A program made the position numbers and the translations under genes. The notes below the pieces were generated by a model. It was not told the DNA's origin, did no database searches, and was given only the letters and a program-made list of their open reading frames with translations. Shown here one piece after another: positions 47,926 to 57,391 of a stretch of DNA of 64,000 nucleotides (positions are counted from its first letter, which is position 1; each line of letters starts with the position of its first letter). Source of the DNA: a virus (taxonomy: Duplodnaviria > Caudoviricetes); the IMG/VR virus record IMGVR_UViG_3300025934_000015, positions 56,839-120,838 of that record, one strand, 5' to 3'.

Positions 47926-48678
47926 CTAGCCGCCAGCCGTGGCCGGGTCCGGCTGGTTGGGTTGGTCCGCCCAGGCCCGAGGAATCCGGCTCGACAGATA
48001 CGCACGGTCCGCGGTGAACACGGGAATATCGGGATCCAACAGCCACCCACTGATCTCGTCGCGCAGCAGACACCGCCCGCGCTTCCAATACGGCAGCTCC
48101 GCGTTCCAGTTGATCCCGCGGTCCGTAAACAGCAGATCCTGGAGCTGACTGGTATTCAGTCCGTGGATCTGCTTGTGACTGAAATGCGCCTGCGCCAGGG
48201 ATTGGATATTGTTGCGCGTGGCGTCCTGCTGTCGCCAAATGAAGTAGTTCTCGACTTCGACGGCATCCGGAATGGTAAACACGCGCGCATCAAAGTGCGC
48301 CATGTTCGGATTGGGCGCGCCCGCATAGTACGCGGCAAATGCGGCGGTGACGACGGACGCCGAGACGGAGACGATCTTCTGGAGGTTGCCGTCAAACCAT
48401 GCGTCGGTCGTGGGCAGCATGAAGTCGGTCAGTAGGACCGAGATCTCATCACTCTGGAGGTAGGCGAGTTGCGCACCTTGGGCTTCCTCGCACAACCGCC
48501 GCGCCGCGCCGTCCAGGGCATGTGCGAGCGCTTTATCGTTCGGTTTCTCGCAGTGCCGCGTGAACGTGTGGAAGGCTTTGCCGTCTACACGAATGATCGT
48601 GTAGGTCCGCCTCGGCAGCATCACGCGCGTGCGGTCCTCGTACTGCCGCTTCATCCGATCGCCCAGACTGTTATTCAT
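47926..48678 (-). CDS. thg1: tRNA(His) guanylyltransferase / Thg1-like protein (3'-5' polymerase)
   Basis: RVDGKAFHTFT, QSDEIS, WFDG..QK, FDARVF, YFIWRQ.DA.RN, WKRG. Confidence 0.95.
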   Translation of the reverse strand: MNNSLGDRMKRQYEDRTRVMLPRRTYTIIRVDGKAFHTFTRHCEKPNDKALAHALDGAARRLCEEAQGAQLAYLQSDEISVLLTDFMLPTTDAWFDGNLQKIVSVSASVVTAAFAAYYAGAPNPNMAHFDARVFTIPDAVEVENYFIWRQQDATRNNIQSLAQAHFSHKQIHGLNTSQLQDLLFTDRGINWNAELPYWKRGRCLLRDEISGWLLDPDIPVFTADRAYLSSRIPRAWADQPNQPDPATAGG

Positions 48679-49465
48679 GGTGTTCGTCCTGTATGCTCGT
48701 CACATACCTTATACGGCGGAGATTGTTGCGAATGTCGAATCTGCTGGGTGGCGACCTGCGAACATCCGGGAACCGCGCAGGCTTCGGCCCGCCAGAGAAT
48801 GGTGATGTACTCGCCGCCCCGTTCGACAGCGACAATATCCAACGGCGATACCAAACAGCGATCGCTATTGAGCCACTCCGCTACATCGTGGAGATTGCCA
48901 CGAATCGTATCAGTGCGGTACGCCCAACGCATTATACTTCCTCGAAGATGTCGATGACTACATTATCCAGCTCACGGCTGAAGATCCCTCGATAGATCGT
49001 GGTCCGCCAGACGAACGAGATCTTAACGAACTCCGTTGTATGCTGCCAGTCGGGGAGTGCCGCTGACGAGAGACTATCGTCCCGTCCTAAACGGCACGCT
49101 AGATCGATGGTCTCGCCCCGTTTGCCATCCGGCACATGTTCGATAAACGGTAATCCGATCTTCGGGACCATGAGGGCAATCATAGGTTTCCTGTACAGAA
49201 GTCGCAGCCCATGAACGTGTCGCCCATGGCGGTCGTACCCATGGCCGGAGCAAACCCCTTCGCACCACACGCGCAGATATGGCGGATCTTTTTCCACTCC
49301 AGGGCCGCTGCTAAGGCGACGACGGCGATGGGATACGACTCCGTGTCGTTTTCTACAATGACACAATACCGCGTTTGCTGCGTCACGCGAAAGGCGCGCG
49401 GAAAGAGCGTGTTGTCCACGAGGACTTCAAATGAGCGGCCGACGTAGTTGATGACCGGCTCCACG

Positions 49466-49804
49466 TTAGCCCCCCGCACTCCGCGCGATGCCGGTCGCGT
49501 GTGCCTTCTCCACGGGAATGGCGGACTTTGGCGGACGGCCGCGCCGGGACTTGGCCGGGAGCGGTTCAGCCGCCTCGTGGGTGGCATCCTCGGGCATCTG
49601 TACGATGTAGCGTCCGCGCGTGGTGTCAATATCGACGGCGCGCACGTAGCTGCCATCGTCTAATCGGACGATGATGGCGTATCCGCGACTGCGCATGTCC
49701 AGCAACATTTTCAACGCCCGTTCCCGCTCGCCGCTGTCATGCTGGTTGAAGACAATTTCGATGTCGCCCATGCCGACGTTGAGACATGAAAGGGAACCCG
49801 TCAT
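49466..49804 (-). CDS. 112-aa protein ending in a di-glycine (candidate ubiquitin-like modifier)
   Basis: LNVG.GD..I.F, DM..RGYAI.V; C-terminus GIARSAGG*. Confidence 0.65.
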   Translation of the reverse strand: MTGSLSCLNVGMGDIEIVFNQHDSGERERALKMLLDMRSRGYAIIVRLDDGSYVRAVDIDTTRGRYIVQMPEDATHEAAEPLPAKSRRGRPPKSAIPVEKAHATGIARSAGG

Positions 49805-50012
49805 GATACATGAATCTCCAGAATGCGTGCGCCTACGGTGGTGGACCGATGCGTCTGGACGGCCTCACGAAAAGAGGCGAGTCCCGCACGTCTCCGCATT
49901 GCTATCGCGTGACCGTCGGTGTCTACGGTCGTGGCGTGTTCACCCCATTCCGAACGTTCGTCATTCCACCACTGTCGAATACCTTTCACGTCCCGGAACA
50001 CGCGATAGACAA

Positions 50013-50753
50013 TCATAAGCCCGCCTCCGCCATGTAGGGAGGATGTTGATTGGCGCGTCGCCAGTAGAGATGTTCGTCACCCCGCATCAGGAGCAGATGG
50101 GCGATGACATCATCCGTCGGTGTCAGGGACCCGGCAAACGACTCCCGATAGTAGCCGATAGGGTGTAAGCACAGCGCGGTGAGAATGGACAGGAAGCCGT
50201 CGGCGTTACGCGAAAACACCAGCGTGGGACGGCCCCGACGGAACACGTAGATCAACCGAGATCGCGCCGAGGTTTCCAGAAACGCCCCCGTGAGCTGATA
50301 TGCGGCAAACAGGTGCGGCTTGATCAGTTTTTCCAGGGACCGTTGCGCGGTCTGTTCGGCCTCCACATGCCACGCGGTGGTCGCCATCAATTGGTGCATC
50401 ATGAAGTCCGATCGTCGCCCCAGATCGTAGTTGTGACGGACCACGCCGCGCTTGCCATTGATGTCGACGACGGAGATCGTGCACTGCTGGGACCGTGAGT
50501 ACCACGAATTGATGATCGTGGTGTCCATCGTCTCCTGACTACAGGCGAACGACGCCGGTTCATTGACAATCCGTCCGAGTTCATGAATCTTCTCGGCCCA
50601 GGGATTTTTGTCCTCTACCTCGATGGACAGACCTTCGACGGGCATCGGGATCCCGCACCACTCCCCGTCTCCGGCGAGCATGATACTGACCGCGCGGCTG
50701 AGGCTCGCCCACGTGGCGCGCTTAAACACCTCGGGGATTGGCGCGTCCATCAT
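50013..50753 (-). CDS. Hypothetical protein
   Basis: YVFRRGRPTL; LCLHPIGYY..SFAG..PTDDVIAHLL.MRGDE..W..ANQH. Confidence 0.7.
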   Translation of the reverse strand: MMDAPIPEVFKRATWASLSRAVSIMLAGDGEWCGIPMPVEGLSIEVEDKNPWAEKIHELGRIVNEPASFACSQETMDTTIINSWYSRSQQCTISVVDINGKRGVVRHNYDLGRRSDFMMHQLMATTAWHVEAEQTAQRSLEKLIKPHLFAAYQLTGAFLETSARSRLIYVFRRGRPTLVFSRNADGFLSILTALCLHPIGYYRESFAGSLTPTDDVIAHLLLMRGDEHLYWRRANQHPPYMAEAGL

Positions 50754-51754
50754 CGTGTCACCATATAGATCTTGTGCTTCGGGACGCGCAATGGTAATCC
50801 TTCCGGCCCTTTCAGGAACGGATGGATCCAGATGAGGCGGCGATCGCTGAACTGCGGTCCGCAGGCCTGATTGCGCCAGTGCCCATCAACCTCCCAACGG
50901 CAGGTCCAGGACCGGGTCGTGGCGGGGTTGTCCGTGATCTCATGTACCCGCTCGGCGCGTCGTAGCTCCACGATTTTGACCAGGGACTCGTGGCGGACCG
51001 TGCGGTGATAATCCTTCCGCCGTTGGCGGGGCAGTGCGCCATCGCGCGTCTGCACCACCTTCTGGTTCATCCACACGAATCCGGCGAGGACCAGCTTCGA
51101 GACAACATCCGCCGCGCGCATGAAGATGTCCACGCCCACGACGGGCGTTCCGGCCATGCGTCCACCTGGACCGTACATTTTCTCGTGCGCTTCTCGTAAG
51201 CGGATCTGTAATTCGTCCAGGGTCTCGCCATCGAACCATGTCCAGACTTGCGATGGGATGAGACCGCCATAGCGAGCCTTCCACGCGCTATCGTGCTTCG
51301 CCAGGGGATCCGGAATCCAGCACGTCACGATAAACGCCGGGACCGGTGGACCGTTCTTGATGACGTACTTTTTGACCCAGCCGAAACTCAGAGCGTGCAC
51401 GTGTGCGGAGGGATCGTCCACGGTCTGGAGTGGTAGGGGCGTGTCGAAGTACCACCACGCCGCGCCGGTTTCCAGGTTCCAGTGGTTGATGCGCGTCTCG
51501 CCCGGCAGCGACTGCGCCGCCGCGATCACGGCGGCGAGCGGTTCGTCTCCCCATGCAAACGCCGTCGCATGCTCCATGATAATCTTATCAACGCGCCACT
51601 GCACTTCGAGTGAACGCACAAACGCGCCTTGGTCCTTCATGCCAGAGAGCAGGTACTCTAGCAGACGAATGCCATGAATCTGTGCCTCCATGGCGTCGAG
51701 CCATAGCGTGGTCGCCGCGCCAGGACCGTGCAGGATCGTGGGATTGTCACTCAT
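50750..51754 (-). CDS. Hypothetical protein with a C-terminal V.GHWR motif
   Basis: WEVDGHWRNQACGP..RRLIWI.PF.KGP. Confidence 0.7.
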   Translation of the reverse strand: MSDNPTILHGPGAATTLWLDAMEAQIHGIRLLEYLLSGMKDQGAFVRSLEVQWRVDKIIMEHATAFAWGDEPLAAVIAAAQSLPGETRINHWNLETGAAWWYFDTPLPLQTVDDPSAHVHALSFGWVKKYVIKNGPPVPAFIVTCWIPDPLAKHDSAWKARYGGLIPSQVWTWFDGETLDELQIRLREAHEKMYGPGGRMAGTPVVGVDIFMRAADVVSKLVLAGFVWMNQKVVQTRDGALPRQRRKDYHRTVRHESLVKIVELRRAERVHEITDNPATTRSWTCRWEVDGHWRNQACGPQFSDRRLIWIHPFLKGPEGLPLRVPKHKIYMVTR

Positions 51755-52109
51755 GGGTGGATTCTACCACCGCGAGGGCTTCGGCCGCAAGGGAAAACGC
51801 CTCGGCCATCGGACTATCGCCCTGGGCCTTCGCGTGCAGGTCTGCGATAGCCTGCTGGAGTTGCGCAGTCGTCAGGCCCGGCACCGCAGACCGCTCCAGC
51901 GGCCCCTCAAACGTGCCCGTGGCCTCGCAATCGGCCAGACTGATCGGATCCTCGTGCGTGAACAGCCGGACCACGCGGCGCTCGGATGATAATCCGGCCA
52001 GGGCGGCAAGGGGGTCCTCGATGGTCTCGACGAACACAATGGTCCAGTCGTCGGCTATGACACCGGCACGATACGATTTGTACCAATAGAATCCGTCAGA
52101 TCGGTCCAT
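51747..52109 (-). CDS. Hypothetical protein
   Basis: Coupled ORF MDRSDG... Confidence 0.5.
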   Translation of the reverse strand: MDRSDGFYWYKSYRAGVIADDWTIVFVETIEDPLAALAGLSSERRVVRLFTHEDPISLADCEATGTFEGPLERSAVPGLTTAQLQQAIADLHAKAQGDSPMAEAFSLAAEALAVVESTHE

Positions 52110-52431
52110 TGGGTACTTCCATGATTGTGACGTACCATTGTCCAGTTGCGCCCACAGCTTCAATCACCGCGATGGATTGTTGCAGCGCCCCAAACTCCTG
52201 CACGAACAGGTTTTTGGCAAGGTCAATTGCGTCTTCGAGCGTGGTGGCATGCGCCTCCGCGAAGCGCATGCCGTTGGGTCGATAGACCTTCGTGTACTCG
52301 TAGCGCGTGGTTCTCAGTGGCATGGTGTGTGGAGCAGGAGCCACGCCACGAAGCACATGGCGGCAAGAATTGCGACCACACGGACTGTCTGATCACAGTT
52401 TGCCGGGTCCAATAGGGATATGCCCAGGAAC

Positions 52432-53292
52432 CTACATGCTTGGTGCGCGGCCACCCGCGGCAGCGGATTCGCGTTCCAGCTTCTCGGCGTCGAACTCGTC
52501 GGCGGTGGCGTCCGCCGTGCTGGTGTCACGCTCGACCTTGATGGTCTTGCCCTCGAGCGACTTGGCGAATTGCGCGGCGTAGTCGTACAGCGCCTTGCCA
52601 GGAGCCGTGTCCACCGGAATGAATCCGGCATTCTTGACGACGAAGGTGCCGAAGGTGCCCTTGTCGTTCTTCTCCGGCTTGCTGGACACGCTGTAGAGTC
52701 CGGCGTAGATCGCGGCGTTGCGCAGCTTGATGTACGTCGTCAGGTCCTTGGCTGCGCGCCGGTTGAACTTGTTCGTTTCCTTCATCGAGATGACGATGGG
52801 TTCCGGCTTCTTGCCGGGACGCAGGATCAGCGAGATGAACTCGGTGAATGTCGTAGCCTTGGGCGGCACCTTCTCACCGCTGGCGTCCTTGGTCCACTTG
52901 AGCCGCGGGTCGTGCGGCGGGACGTCCATGTCCACGATGCCGCCGCCTTCTTCACGCGGGGTGAACTCGATGCGGACGGTGCTCCGGCGGACCGGCACGA
53001 AGGTGATCGGGCCAGGACCGTACACGTCCTTGGTGAGGTCGTTGAAGAAGTCGAATAGTTTGAGCCCGTCGATGTACCGGGCGTCGCCAGGGATCATTTC
53101 CTGTGACAGCCCCTGCGCGATGGCCAGTCGGGGCAGGCGGATTTCGTCTGCGCCGATGTCCTCGGTACCGGTCAGGTCCGTGCGCGACAGAGACTTGGGC
53201 CGTTCCAGGGAGCCGGTAAACTCCGTCGGGATCGTCATCAGGTCTTCGCCACTGACGTCGGTCAGATGATTGTCATTCTCTGGATCTGCCAT
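52432..53292 (-). CDS. Putative ssDNA-binding / recombination protein
   Basis: DI..PRL.IAQGLS, G.FFN.LT, acidic C-terminal tail, strong codon bias. Confidence 0.6.
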   Translation of the reverse strand: MADPENDNHLTDVSGEDLMTIPTEFTGSLERPKSLSRTDLTGTEDIGADEIRLPRLAIAQGLSQEMIPGDARYIDGLKLFDFFNDLTKDVYGPGPITFVPVRRSTVRIEFTPREEGGGIVDMDVPPHDPRLKWTKDASGEKVPPKATTFTEFISLILRPGKKPEPIVISMKETNKFNRRAAKDLTTYIKLRNAAIYAGLYSVSSKPEKNDKGTFGTFVVKNAGFIPVDTAPGKALYDYAAQFAKSLEGKTIKVERDTSTADATADEFDAEKLERESAAAGGRAPSM

Positions 53293-53725
53293 GATGGAGT
53301 CCTCGTTCTTCGGTGATAGGTTTTTCGTTGGGCTCGGGGCATACGTTGATGGCCGTGCGCTCCCCGTCAGCGGCGGCACATGCGCGTTTCAGCTCCAGAT
53401 CTTCAATCTGATCACGCAGCACAAAGTAACGTCTGGTCCAGCCCGGATCTCCCGCTTTGAAGCCATGGCTGTTGATGGCGCAGGTATGGAGCGTACACAG
53501 CACCCGTAGATATGGTGGCACCGTGCAGCCGATGCCGTCAATCATGTACGGCAGCGTTGGATGGTCGCCACGGGTCAAGGTAACGTTGAACTCCGCGGCG
53601 CGTGCGGTGGCGAGATCGCAGTACTCCGGACTACAGCACGAGAACGGCGCTCGGCACTGTGCGCACTCGCCAACGGTTAAGTCGGCCATGCGTTGATAGA
53701 GATTAATCAGTGTCGTGTTCATCAC
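53273..53725 (-). CDS. Cys-rich protein (YkgJ/Fe-S-cluster-like)
   Basis: CAQC..SCC...C; GC.V...R.LC..H.C. Confidence 0.55.
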   Translation of the reverse strand: MMNTTLINLYQRMADLTVGECAQCRAPFSCCSPEYCDLATARAAEFNVTLTRGDHPTLPYMIDGIGCTVPPYLRVLCTLHTCAINSHGFKAGDPGWTRRYFVLRDQIEDLELKRACAAADGERTAINVCPEPNEKPITEERGLHHGRSRE

Positions 53726-53872
53726 GAATTGAGTACCAACACGGTTTTTCCACCACGCTCTCGTGCCGCTGGATCGGGAGACCGTGCGTATGACAATGAA
53801 TCGATCACGTCTATATCGCCGTGCATGATTTTGCGTGCGGCGAGGATCTCTATCAGTTCGCTAATCTTCATG

Positions 53873-54493
53873 TCATTCACCCCCGGGTCCCATCCGAATC
53901 TTGGTCTTCGAAAACACGGACACCCCAGGCGGCTCAGCCTCGCCGGCGATGAGCATGCGTTTGACCAGGGCATTCGTGGTCTGCCAGGGCAGTTGCAGTT
54001 GCCGCTGAAGTCCCTGCTCCATACACCAGTCGAGAAACTGATCGCGATCGTAGACAGTCGCATACGGCTCGGGATACGTCGAGATCGGTTGTCCGTCCTC
54101 CAGCTTGATGGCGCTGGTGCCCTCGGCCTCCATCTGTTCGACCATCAGGACCGTATAGGCTTCCTGCGTCACGCTGAGGATGGTATCCAGCTCCCCGATC
54201 TTGTCGCGGATGCGGCGCGTCTGCACGTACATGCGGGCAAACTCACTGGCCCACCGACGGCCCTGGGTGCCAACCACCAGCACATTGTTGATACTGTGAA
54301 TGGTTTGCTCCAGGGTTTTCAGTAACGCGGGCAGACTCTCGGTGGACATCGTGGAGGCCAATAGATCGTCCTCCGGCTTCGCAAGGATCTTCTCCTTGAC
54401 GACTTCAACGATGTCTCGACGTTCAGGTTCGACGAGTGGGTACTGTGGGAGGGTGTCGACGATTCCGGCGTACTTGCCGCGACGTTTGGCCAT
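53873..54493 (-). CDS. Phage replication-module hypothetical protein
   Basis: W.T.NA.VK..L..GE..PPGV..F; adjacent to the SSB-like gene. Confidence 0.65.
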   Translation of the reverse strand: MAKRRGKYAGIVDTLPQYPLVEPERRDIVEVVKEKILAKPEDDLLASTMSTESLPALLKTLEQTIHSINNVLVVGTQGRRWASEFARMYVQTRRIRDKIGELDTILSVTQEAYTVLMVEQMEAEGTSAIKLEDGQPISTYPEPYATVYDRDQFLDWCMEQGLQRQLQLPWQTTNALVKRMLIAGEAEPPGVSVFSKTKIRMGPGGE

Positions 54494-54920
54494 GCCGTCT
54501 CCGATCTAGGGCGATCCAGAATTCCTCGACGAAGGATTCCTGGAGATACGTAAAGGCTTCCTCGCTGTAGCGGACCGTGATGTGCAGTCCTACATGGCGG
54601 AGCACTTGATGCGTCAAGTGGCCGGTCTCATGGACCAACGCCAGCACATCGGCCTGACTACCTTTCCAGTTATCGAACCAGATGATCCACTGTGAAATCC
54701 GTGTATCTACATCGGTGATCTCGATGGTCTTGGCGACCGCCAAATTGAGCGGTCCCGGGAACTCCTGCGGAAAGTGCTTCTGGAGCCACCCGTGCAGCGC
54801 GTCCTGCGAGCACACAAGGAGGGTGGTATGAACGCGGTAGACATCACAGTAATAGCGATGGACCCATATCCACTCATGCGCCATGGGGCGGAGCCAGTTT
54901 GGTAAAGGCGACCAGTCCAT
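54423..54920 (-). CDS. HExxH zinc-metallopeptidase-like protein
   Basis: LVHETGHL...EEAFTY; start uncertain. Confidence 0.6.
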   Translation of the reverse strand: MDWSPLPNWLRPMAHEWIWVHRYYCDVYRVHTTLLVCSQDALHGWLQKHFPQEFPGPLNLAVAKTIEITDVDTRISQWIIWFDNWKGSQADVLALVHETGHLTHQVLRHVGLHITVRYSEEAFTYLQESFVEEFWIALDRRRHGQTSRQVRRNRRHPPTVPTRRT

Positions 54921-55263
54921 GTTGACGGAGGGTCTGAAGATGGATGTTCATGAGCCCTGCGAACAGGACGTCATCCGTCCAGACGTCACAGACCACGCGC
55001 TCGAAGGATCGTCCGGCAGCGCGCACGGTGATGCGTCTGGCGTGTTGCAGCAGATCGGCAAACCGATCGCGCATGAGCGGACCTTCATCCTCGTGGAGTT
55101 CGGCAGCATTCCAGCCGTGCACACGGATGTGGCGCTCGGCTAGCTCAGTTTCTGCGACCACACGCCACGTCTCCACGCGGCCGACGAACGTGTCGCCGTC
55201 GATGATTCGGAGAAATGCGACACGACGGACGTTATTATCGTCGGTTGATAGGGTCGTCGTCAT
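54874..55263 (-). CDS. Thermonuclease (SNase)-like protein
   Basis: RIIDGDTF, IRV.G.NA.EL, SFER.V.DV. Confidence 0.8.
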   Translation of the reverse strand: MTTTLSTDDNNVRRVAFLRIIDGDTFVGRVETWRVVAETELAERHIRVHGWNAAELHEDEGPLMRDRFADLLQHARRITVRAAGRSFERVVCDVWTDDVLFAGLMNIHLQTLRQHGLVAFTKLAPPHGA

Positions 55264-55437
55264 CTTCGTACATGATATTCACGATGGCGACCCACGCCGC
55301 CGCAATGATAATCGCGGTGATGACGACAGCCTGCGGGAGCGTGAGATCATGCCACATAATGTTAATCTGGCGTCCGGTCGTATCACTCTGACAGCAACGC
55401 GTCCGTTACCCGAGTCTCCTTTACGGACGCCAGAATT

Positions 55438-55785
55438 TGGTGGAGGTGCCGGTATTGCAACCGGGTCCGGTTGTACGTCCACTACCACCTCGACATGCTT
55501 AGCCGAAAGGTTTAACGTGTTAGGCAGAATCGGTCGTGCAGTCTACCATCCCACGGAACGCAACTAACTACTCTCACCGCGGCTGCGTTCTACAACGGTG
55601 CTCTACCCGCTGATGACATCCTGACCCTCGTAGCGGAGTCGGAGGCAGGACGGCCGCAGGTTTTACGCTGCGGCGAGCAACGGCTGTTCAGCAGTTACTA
55701 GAATGATCCATCGGTTTTACGACTCGGCGGATCTCGGTCGGCATGCAGTGATAATGTCTGTACCCCGTCGAAACTTTTCACCCCC
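55438..55785 (-). ncRNA. ssrA: tmRNA; tag peptide (A)AEQPLLAAA
   Basis: 5' GGGGGTGAAAAGTTTCGACGGGG...GCATGCCGA...TCGTAAAA; resume context TAGTAACT-GCT; tag ORF 55692-55663; 3' CACCTCC-A-CCA with G3:U70 and A73. Confidence 0.92.
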
Positions 55786-55786
55786 G

Positions 55787-56122
55787 TTAATCGTCCATGT
55801 CCAGATCGATCAAAGCCACGGCAATCTGCTCAATCCGCTGGCGCGTAAGCGCCTCGCCCGCGTACGGACACGGACCAGACTCCCTGGTCAGCAGCGGCCC
55901 TTGGCCCGGACACCTATACCGTACCGGGCCACGCCCGTCAACGATTTTCATCCACGCGTCACAGAACGGACACCGTAACCGCGCAGACCGGATTGGCGCG
56001 GCCAGAATCTCCTGTCGGCGCTGGTCATAGATTCGGTATTGGGCGTCATTCGTGACCTCCCGCATTAATCCAGCTAGAAGGTTGAGGGCGCGTTGCTTCT
56101 CGCGTTGTGATGCAAACGTCAT
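55787..56122 (-). CDS. Zinc-finger hypothetical protein
   Basis: CPFC...C...C. Confidence 0.55.
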   Translation of the reverse strand: MTFASQREKQRALNLLAGLMREVTNDAQYRIYDQRRQEILAAPIRSARLRCPFCDAWMKIVDGRGPVRYRCPGQGPLLTRESGPCPYAGEALTRQRIEQIAVALIDLDMDD

Positions 56123-56496
56123 CGTTGCTGCACCCAGGCCCACCAGCGCTCCGCCAGGAGCTGCTTGGCGTCCACGGATCCGAGTTGGTTCAGACACGCG
56201 CCGGTCAACGTGCCCTCGGCAAACACTTGTTCCTCGATGCGCTCCCACATCATGGTAAACGTGTAGCCGTCACAGAAGAAGTTGCAGCGGATGTCATGAC
56301 ACGCGAGGCACGTCGCATACGCGCGAAAGTCCCCATCCCACTTCCCACGCGCATAGTGATACCGTTGACCGGCGGCAATGATGCCTTCGCACTCACAACA
56401 GGTATGCGGCCGTCGTGCTGCGCGGACGCCATCCTGATAAAATGAGGGTTCGTCCCCATCGCCGTCGTACACACAGACGCAGAATTCGGTAGTCAT
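56119..56496 (-). CDS. Cys-rich phage protein
   Basis: ARRPH.CCEC...I..G..Y; TC..C. Confidence 0.7.
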   Translation of the reverse strand: MTTEFCVCVYDGDGDEPSFYQDGVRAARRPHTCCECEGIIAAGQRYHYARGKWDGDFRAYATCLACHDIRCNFFCDGYTFTMMWERIEEQVFAEGTLTGACLNQLGSVDAKQLLAERWWAWVQQR

Positions 56497-56520
56497 GATG
56501 GCAGATGGCCGGTTCTGACC

Positions 56521-56663
56521 CGGCTTGATCCAGTGGCGCAGGGATCGAACCTGCACACCCATTGCCGCGCTAACGGCGCTCGTTGATGGATTGCAAGAGG
56601 CATTGTCTCTACCATCGCGTCCCGCTAAATCCTCCCTGATCACTCAGGGCTGGACGCCAGCCG
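56521..56663 (-). ncRNA. Candidate tRNA-like structured RNA
   Basis: T-arm GCAGG-TTCGATC-CCTGC; CCCTGA-GTGA-TCAGGG hairpin; closing stems CGGCT/AGCCG and TCCAG/CTGGA. Confidence 0.55.
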
Positions 56664-56720
56664 TATCGGACCACGTAGCGCTTATCGTGCGTGTACACCA
56701 CGCTTCATCTGCCATAACCC

Positions 56721-57164
56721 TTACTTGTGAAACTCCCGCCAGTTGGCCGTGACGATCACGAGCACGCCCATGCCCCAGGGTTCCACGGTCCGGACCAGAA
56801 ACGCATCGTCTCGGACTGAGCCGTCAATGTCAGGCGAGGGTGGTTTGTTGCACGTGTCGAGGAAGCTGTCCACGAAGCCTACGAAATTGGAGACCGGCAT
56901 CGTGGGCGTTGATGCGATATGACCGTTGACGTAACCTTTTTCCAGCACCGTGCAACGATTGTCAAACTCGATAATCAGTTTGGCGTCCGTCGCAAGGAGC
57001 AGCCGGTCGCCAAACATTGTATTGAAGTCAATCCGATACGCGGTCATCTTCAATGGCCCGAACGCCAGTTGGAGCGTGGCGGTCAGCTCTTCAAGTCCTG
57101 CGCCTTCGACGTGGACGCTCCGGTTGGGCATCCAATACTTCGATTGTGAGTACGCGCTAGACAT
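56721..57164 (-). CDS. Hypothetical protein
   Basis: PDIDGS motif; coupled ORF. Confidence 0.55.
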   Translation of the reverse strand: MSSAYSQSKYWMPNRSVHVEGAGLEELTATLQLAFGPLKMTAYRIDFNTMFGDRLLLATDAKLIIEFDNRCTVLEKGYVNGHIASTPTMPVSNFVGFVDSFLDTCNKPPSPDIDGSVRDDAFLVRTVEPWGMGVLVIVTANWREFHK

Positions 57165-57391
57165 TACGCGCCCACCTGTTCGCGCGTCTTGTGGTGCCCG
57201 AGGTGAAACTGGTGGCAGTAGCCACAATGGTAGGGCGCAAGCGTGCCGTGATGTTCGCGGTGTGCGCCTTTGCGGATCAGATTGCCAATCTCGGTTTCCG
57301 CCTCGCCGTACGACGCGAACCCCTGCTTGCCCGTGCAACCGTCCGCGACGTAGCGGCGACCAAAGTTGGTGTAGTTGCCAATGGTAATCAT
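57164..57391 (-). CDS. Small zinc-binding protein
   Basis: CTGK..F; YHCGYC..FHLGH; RBS GAGGAG. Confidence 0.65.
   Translation of the reverse strand: MITIGNYTNFGRRYVADGCTGKQGFASYGEAETEIGNLIRKGAHREHHGTLAPYHCGYCHQFHLGHHKTREQVGA

Noticed and set aside
47926-47945. Thg1 C-terminus ending ATAGG as a second di-glycine modifier
   Set aside because: It lies in a low-complexity tail of a well-defined enzyme and is probably chance.
55279-55488. ORF-track 69-aa ORF and the plus-strand ORFs over 54944-55978
   Set aside because: They overlap the tmRNA or real minus-strand genes and are shadow frames.
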